The notes below the pieces were generated by a model that worked only from the letters and a program-made list of their open reading frames with translations, did not search any database and was not told the DNA's origin. Below, piece by piece: positions 59,549 through 64,000 of a stretch of 64,000 nt of DNA (its first letter is position 1; every line of letters begins with the position of its first letter). Made by a program: the position numbers and the translations under genes. Source of the DNA: a virus; IMG/VR virus record IMGVR_UViG_3300025646_000015, positions 1 to 64,000 of that record; one strand, written 5' to 3'.

Positions 59549-60649
59549 TTAAGATGTTTTATAAAAAAAGAAAAAATCTTGATCTTCCCACAAGTCAGAA
59601 GCATCAATGATTGATTCTAGTTCACCTGAGGATTGTTGACCAATGACCCAGTGAGCCTTACTGCAAAACTCTCCGTTTTTGGAAAACAAACGTTTAGATG
59701 AAAACATCTTAGTATTATCGCAAAATTCAATAGAATTGTCAATATCTTTTTTTGTTTTTTTAGGGTAGTGAAAAATAGTTTCGTCAATGTATTTTAGCCT
59801 AACATCTTTTAATATATCTTCATTATCAACATACAATTCATATGGAACATTATAGTATTTTAATGTTTCAACAAATGTAAAATCTTGATCTAAAGAGTTT
59901 TTCATGTTGACACAGAATCGTAAATTTCCATGCCTTGCTAAATTAATAAATTCATTAGAAAAAGGTTTGTCCGTAATAATACTCGCGACCCTTTGATTGC
60001 AAAAATTTAAAATTTTATTCTCATCAAAAGATAAATCAGCTCGTATATTTAAACTAGATCTAGGGAAAAAATTTGGAGCAGGATCAAAATCAGGTATAAC
60101 TTCGATTACATCTTGATTAGATAAGTTTCCTCTATAAATGTTATTTAGCTTGTTTAACTCGTGATCAATCCCTAGGATGTTTAAAATTTTAGAAGCAATA
60201 TTTGAAGTACTGATATTAATGTAGTTATTGTTGCATTCTAGGTAATCACCTTTGTATTTGGGCCAACAAAACTGACCAAAGTCTTTGGGGAAAAGACAAA
60301 AGCTTGGAACATTAAAACTATTTGATACATAAGTAAAATGATCGTACTCGGAAATGTGACATAAAGATTTAGATATTAAATAAGAGTTTTGATTGAAAGA
60401 AAGATTTTTTTTATCTACAACGTTATATAAAGAATCTTTACAGTTTCCTATTAATAGAACCTTAATGTCTTGTTTCTCAAGATAGGGTAGGATTAATCTA
60501 ATAACTTCATTCCAGTACTTGTAAAATTTTTCATTATCAAAAGAAATGCTTACATAATTTTCATGCAAATTTGGATAAAAACAAGGGTTTACAGAAATTT
60601 CGTCGAACTTCAATGCAGAATACAGAGAGAATTTTTCCAATTTGTTCAT
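59549..60649 (-). CDS. GT-B (GT9-like) protein
   Basis: YKYWNEVI..VLLIG..LSFNQNSYLISKS. Confidence 0.55.
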   Translation of the reverse strand: MNKLEKFSLYSALKFDEISVNPCFYPNLHENYVSISFDNEKFYKYWNEVIRLILPYLEKQDIKVLLIGNCKDSLYNVVDKKNLSFNQNSYLISKSLCHISEYDHFTYVSNSFNVPSFCLFPKDFGQFCWPKYKGDYLECNNNYINISTSNIASKILNILGIDHELNKLNNIYRGNLSNQDVIEVIPDFDPAPNFFPRSSLNIRADLSFDENKILNFCNQRVASIITDKPFSNEFINLARHGNLRFCVNMKNSLDQDFTFVETLKYYNVPYELYVDNEDILKDVRLKYIDETIFHYPKKTKKDIDNSIEFCDNTKMFSSKRLFSKNGEFCSKAHWVIGQQSSGELESIIDASDLWEDQDFFFFYKTS

Positions 60650-62535
60650 TGAGAAGATAGATTAATTAATTTGTTTTCAATACTGGAAGATGGGGCTTGA
60701 ACCAAATCAAAATTATAATAATAATCAAAATACTGAAGCATAGTTTTCTCTGAAGAAAATTCTTTTTGGTATGGAATCATTTGATATATACAAGGATGTC
60801 CAGACAGGATCGAGTGATGAGTCAATTTTGTAGAAAAATAAACATCAACATTATGAAACTTATTCTTAAAATCTTTGATTAAGGATGAAACTAATAGCAA
60901 ATCTTCTATAGAATTAGTAGAAACAAACAAAGCTTTCTTATTTTCGTTTTTTGGAAAAATATCTTCTATGCCAATTTGAGCATCTTTTTTTTCAATTTTT
61001 GCATTCTCGGAATGAGCTACTGATTTAAAATAATTCAATATATTAGATCTAGACATTCCATTTCTGATTTGATTCATCCAGTGCTTGTGTCCATCATCAT
61101 AATGATCAAGATCAATTTTTAATATATTTTTATATATATCAATCAGCCAAGAAGAATCATCCTGACTGTTATTGGGTGAATATTCTGGGTCGCGTTTCTC
61201 CAGGTCAAAAGAAAAGTCTTCAATATAATCCATGGAATCAAATATTTCTTCAAGTTTTTTGCCGATAACTGGAATAGAATAGTTGTCAATAACATATTGT
61301 CTTGATTTTTCCCCCATCATTTTGCGTTGATTAAAATCCATCTTAAAGACTTTTTTTAAATTTTTAAAAATACTTTGAGGGGATGTACTGGCTTTAATAA
61401 ATTGAGTGCCAGGTTCTCTGTACTCAGACCAATCAAGTGGTAGTCCCCCGCTGTCTTTATTGCAAGAATCTATTCCGCAAGAGTAATTAGTAACTAAAGT
61501 TATAAGTTCTGTAAGCTTAGCTTCTTGTATAGGTATTTCCTGTCCGCCACTAGTGAATGGATGGCAATAAACATCCATTAAATTATATATCTCATTCAAC
61601 TGCTTTTCATTAACACCATGACTTATGTTTACGGTGTTTTGAGATTTAGAAGATCCGCATATAGGGCAATCTTTCTCTTGTCCAGTGAAAGGCTTAATTT
61701 CATAATTAGAACAATTAGGGCAATAATAAGTGCAGAGAATATCTCTTGGATCAATTTGTTTTTCTTTAATTAAAGAAACAATATCCCAACCTTCAGAAAA
61801 ATTAGTGTGCAACAAAAGCTTGGCTTTGCTTTGGGGATAATTTTTTTTAAAAATCCTAAAACCTTCTAGCAAATTAGGAACACTTTTTCTCAATTGATTT
61901 CTAAAAACAAATCCTATAACAAAAGAATCTTCATCAATTTGAAAACGCTCTCTAAGCGATGATCTCTTAACAGAATCAAGCTTAAAAAAGTTAGTGTCAT
62001 CAACCCCGCCATGAAGAGTCTTTACATGATTGATTCCATAATCTTCTTTAAAAGATTGTTCGGCAAAGCTTGACCAAACATAATAATTCTTAATTTTACT
62101 CGCAGATTTTACAGCATCAGGCAAAAGAGGAAGGCTATCAAGAGTAGTCCATACCATGGAATTTATTTTATTCCACCAATCTTTTTGAATAAAAGGGGAA
62201 AGTCCCCATATATCTTCAACACCTAAATATATATCAGGCTTTTCTGTTTTTATTACTTGATCAATCTGGAAATGTCCATATTGAGCAGACCTAGAAAGAT
62301 TAGGGTCAGAAGTTAATCTGTCTAACTCTTCTTGAGAGCTTGGCAATCCACCAATAGCTTTCCATGGTAAAGTTTGTAAAGCTTGGTGTCCATTGGCAAC
62401 CCCATTGCTTAATTCAATTATTTCATACTTGCCAGTTGAGGCCAGATATCTTAGTATATTTTTGGCATTCTTGCCGAAACCAGTAAGGACTCTTGAGTAA
62501 TTACTGTGAAAGATTATTTTTTTCTTTCTTTTCAC
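60646..62535 (-). CDS. GT4 glycosyltransferase with Zn ribbon
   Basis: TGFG, FRNQLRK, CPNC/CPIC, IYNLMDVY..SGGQEIPIQEA. Confidence 0.88.
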   Translation of the reverse strand: MKRKKKIIFHSNYSRVLTGFGKNAKNILRYLASTGKYEIIELSNGVANGHQALQTLPWKAIGGLPSSQEELDRLTSDPNLSRSAQYGHFQIDQVIKTEKPDIYLGVEDIWGLSPFIQKDWWNKINSMVWTTLDSLPLLPDAVKSASKIKNYYVWSSFAEQSFKEDYGINHVKTLHGGVDDTNFFKLDSVKRSSLRERFQIDEDSFVIGFVFRNQLRKSVPNLLEGFRIFKKNYPQSKAKLLLHTNFSEGWDIVSLIKEKQIDPRDILCTYYCPNCSNYEIKPFTGQEKDCPICGSSKSQNTVNISHGVNEKQLNEIYNLMDVYCHPFTSGGQEIPIQEAKLTELITLVTNYSCGIDSCNKDSGGLPLDWSEYREPGTQFIKASTSPQSIFKNLKKVFKMDFNQRKMMGEKSRQYVIDNYSIPVIGKKLEEIFDSMDYIEDFSFDLEKRDPEYSPNNSQDDSSWLIDIYKNILKIDLDHYDDGHKHWMNQIRNGMSRSNILNYFKSVAHSENAKIEKKDAQIGIEDIFPKNENKKALFVSTNSIEDLLLVSSLIKDFKNKFHNVDVYFSTKLTHHSILSGHPCIYQMIPYQKEFSSEKTMLQYFDYYYNFDLVQAPSSSIENKLINLSSQ

Positions 62536-62544
62536 TACGCAAAA

Positions 62545-63114
62545 TTAAAAAGGATCTTCTTCTGTAATTTCTGCCTTAGGGGAATTGTCTGATTGATAAT
62601 TTCGACTTGAATTAATTTGATAATCGATATAGGAATCAATGTATTTAATCAATAGTCTTTTTAGTACTTCAAGTTCTCCAGGTTCAAGCGCTATTTTTAT
62701 GTTTACTGACTTATTTTTAGATAAAGAAAAGCCAAAACAGGGAACAATAACATCTGATTCCTCAAAAGACTTACTAGAAGAATTGTAACTAGAAACTTTA
62801 GAGTTCTTGTCCCAAGGAGTCAACTTGATTGTCGTTGTATTCTCTCCATATGAATGAAAAGAAGAAAACTGAGTTCTATTATTTAGAGCATTAAGGAACT
62901 CTCCTGCTTCATTATGATTAATTTTAGTATTAATCGTTTTTTCTGGGTTTTTAGCGTTACCAGAAAAAGATCCAGTTTTCTTTGAATCGTTCCACCCATG
63001 CTGAGCTATAGAGCTGATATAAAATGAAGGGGCATTATTTTTTTCTTCAGACAAAGAAAATGTAAATGCAGATCCAGAATTCTTGCTGTTAGGTTTGTAA
63101 AATTGAATAGACAT
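62545..63114 (-). CDS. putative ssDNA-binding protein
   Basis: FYKPN..; acidic tail ending DPF. Confidence 0.5.
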   Translation of the reverse strand: MSIQFYKPNSKNSGSAFTFSLSEEKNNAPSFYISSIAQHGWNDSKKTGSFSGNAKNPEKTINTKINHNEAGEFLNALNNRTQFSSFHSYGENTTTIKLTPWDKNSKVSSYNSSSKSFEESDVIVPCFGFSLSKNKSVNIKIALEPGELEVLKRLLIKYIDSYIDYQINSSRNYQSDNSPKAEITEEDPF

Positions 63115-63116
63115 AA

Positions 63117-63710
63117 TTATGAATTGGCTAGTTTTTCTTCGACTTTAAGCAAGATATCTAAAACTTCATGCTCGTAACGAGTGTGTGTCCTCATTTTTTC
63201 AGCATCATCTGAAATATTGGACATTTCTTGAACAAATCTAGCATAAATTTCTTCATATCCATTAAAGAAGCAAACTTCTCCAGAGAAAAATTTTCTAACT
63301 TCTTCATTAGCTTCTTTGGGGGCTACTCCAGCAGTCGGCCTAAGTTTGTGGGTAACAATATAAGATGTCGCATCTTCTTGTTCTTTAAATGTATTTTCAT
63401 TTAGAAGACGTTCTTCTTTTGATGGCATTAATGTGATACTGATAACTTGATTGTCTCGTTCGCAAACCAAGAATTTATAACCTTTAGTGACTTCCAACTT
63501 CTTTTTTGTTAAAAAAGATTTTAATTCTTTAACATCGCTACAATAATTCCATTCCCTTTCTTCATAATTTTCTCCACAAGGATGGAATTCAACTAACCTG
63601 TCCCCAAGATGGGTAACTACAAAATTAGAATTCTGAGGCGAGTCTAGATCATTTACATGAATATCTGCTTCAGCTGCGTTTTCTTTGTCGATTTTATTTT
63701 TATTTTTCAT
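63117..63710 (-). CDS. hypothetical protein
   Basis: ORF track. Confidence 0.65.
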   Translation of the reverse strand: MKNKNKIDKENAAEADIHVNDLDSPQNSNFVVTHLGDRLVEFHPCGENYEEREWNYCSDVKELKSFLTKKKLEVTKGYKFLVCERDNQVISITLMPSKEERLLNENTFKEQEDATSYIVTHKLRPTAGVAPKEANEEVRKFFSGEVCFFNGYEEIYARFVQEMSNISDDAEKMRTHTRYEHEVLDILLKVEEKLANS

Positions 63711-64000
63711 TTTTTTTGATTTGATCTAATGTTATTTTGATATTGGAAGAAGAATCTTTTATAATCATTTTAGATATTATTTTTTCAATATTTTTTTGAA
63801 TAATATTTTGAATTGGTCTAGCCCCCAAGTTTGCATCAAAAGCTTTTTGAGAAAGAAAGTCAATACATTCCGAATCCAAGGTAACTTCAATTTTATACAT
63901 TTTTTTGATTTTTCTAATCAACTTTGATATATTTTTCTTTGTGAGAAATTTAATTTGCTCTAAAGAAAATGTATTGAATAGCAATATATCATCGATTCTA
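63700..64000 (-). CDS. ClpA/ClpB/ClpC-family ATPase, C-terminal fragment
   Basis: RIDDILLFN..LGARPIQNII; frame open to the window edge. Confidence 0.85.
   Translation of the reverse strand, partial: RIDDILLFNTFSLEQIKFLTKKNISKLIRKIKKMYKIEVTLDSECIDFLSQKAFDANLGARPIQNIIQKNIEKIISKMIIKDSSSNIKITLDQIKKNEK

Noticed and set aside
1-64000. CRISPR array, DGR/retron, integrase or transposase
   Set aside because: No regularly spaced repeats and no Cas, RT, integrase or transposase motifs seen; the recurring elements are promoters
1-64000. Stop-codon recoding
   Set aside because: Long conserved genes are intact in code 11, all three stops are used, and no suppressor tRNA is present
1-64000. Bacterial chromosome or eukaryotic giant virus origin
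   Set aside because: rIIA/B, dense tiny ORFs and no housekeeping operons favour a phage; sigma70 promoters, tmRNA and a porin indicate a bacterial host. No capsid or terminase is in the window, so this remains an inference.

Overview
This 64 kb window is AT-rich, gene-dense and almost entirely minus-strand. It reads as part of a large dsDNA bacteriophage: rIIA/rIIB, GP88-like, DUF932, HNH, UvsE, RuvB-like, Dcm, tRNAs and tmRNA are present, with no ribosomal or housekeeping operons. A marine PVC-group host (probably Verrucomicrobia) is inferred from the ECF sigma type and a LamG protein tail. Bases 1-30 kb are an early/accessory region of mostly tiny ORFs. At least 20 of them have their own sigma70 promoter, with TTGAC(A/T/G) exactly 29 nt upstream of the ATG, predicting leaderless mRNAs. 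A second motif, GTGTAA-N8-10-start, marks the few oppositely oriented, probably late genes. Non-coding RNAs include tRNA-CAT, tRNA-Thr, a tmRNA with a 34-aa tag, a manA-like RNA, an unrecognised T-arm cloverleaf RNA, an H-type pseudoknot, and a structured RNA with a near-perfect copy of the 16S anti-Shine-Dalgarno tail. Bases 30-64 kb carry a GHKL ATPase, a porin, RuvB plus a nuclease, two sigma-like factors, a glycan-building cluster (glycosyl-, sulfo- and methyltransferases) and proteostasis genes (Hsp20 with a sigma54 promoter, tmRNA, ATE/Bpt transferase, Clp ATPase). The best candidate for a new system is the leaderless phage transcriptome paired with an anti-SD-mimic RNA. All family calls come from motif recognition by eye, not database searches.
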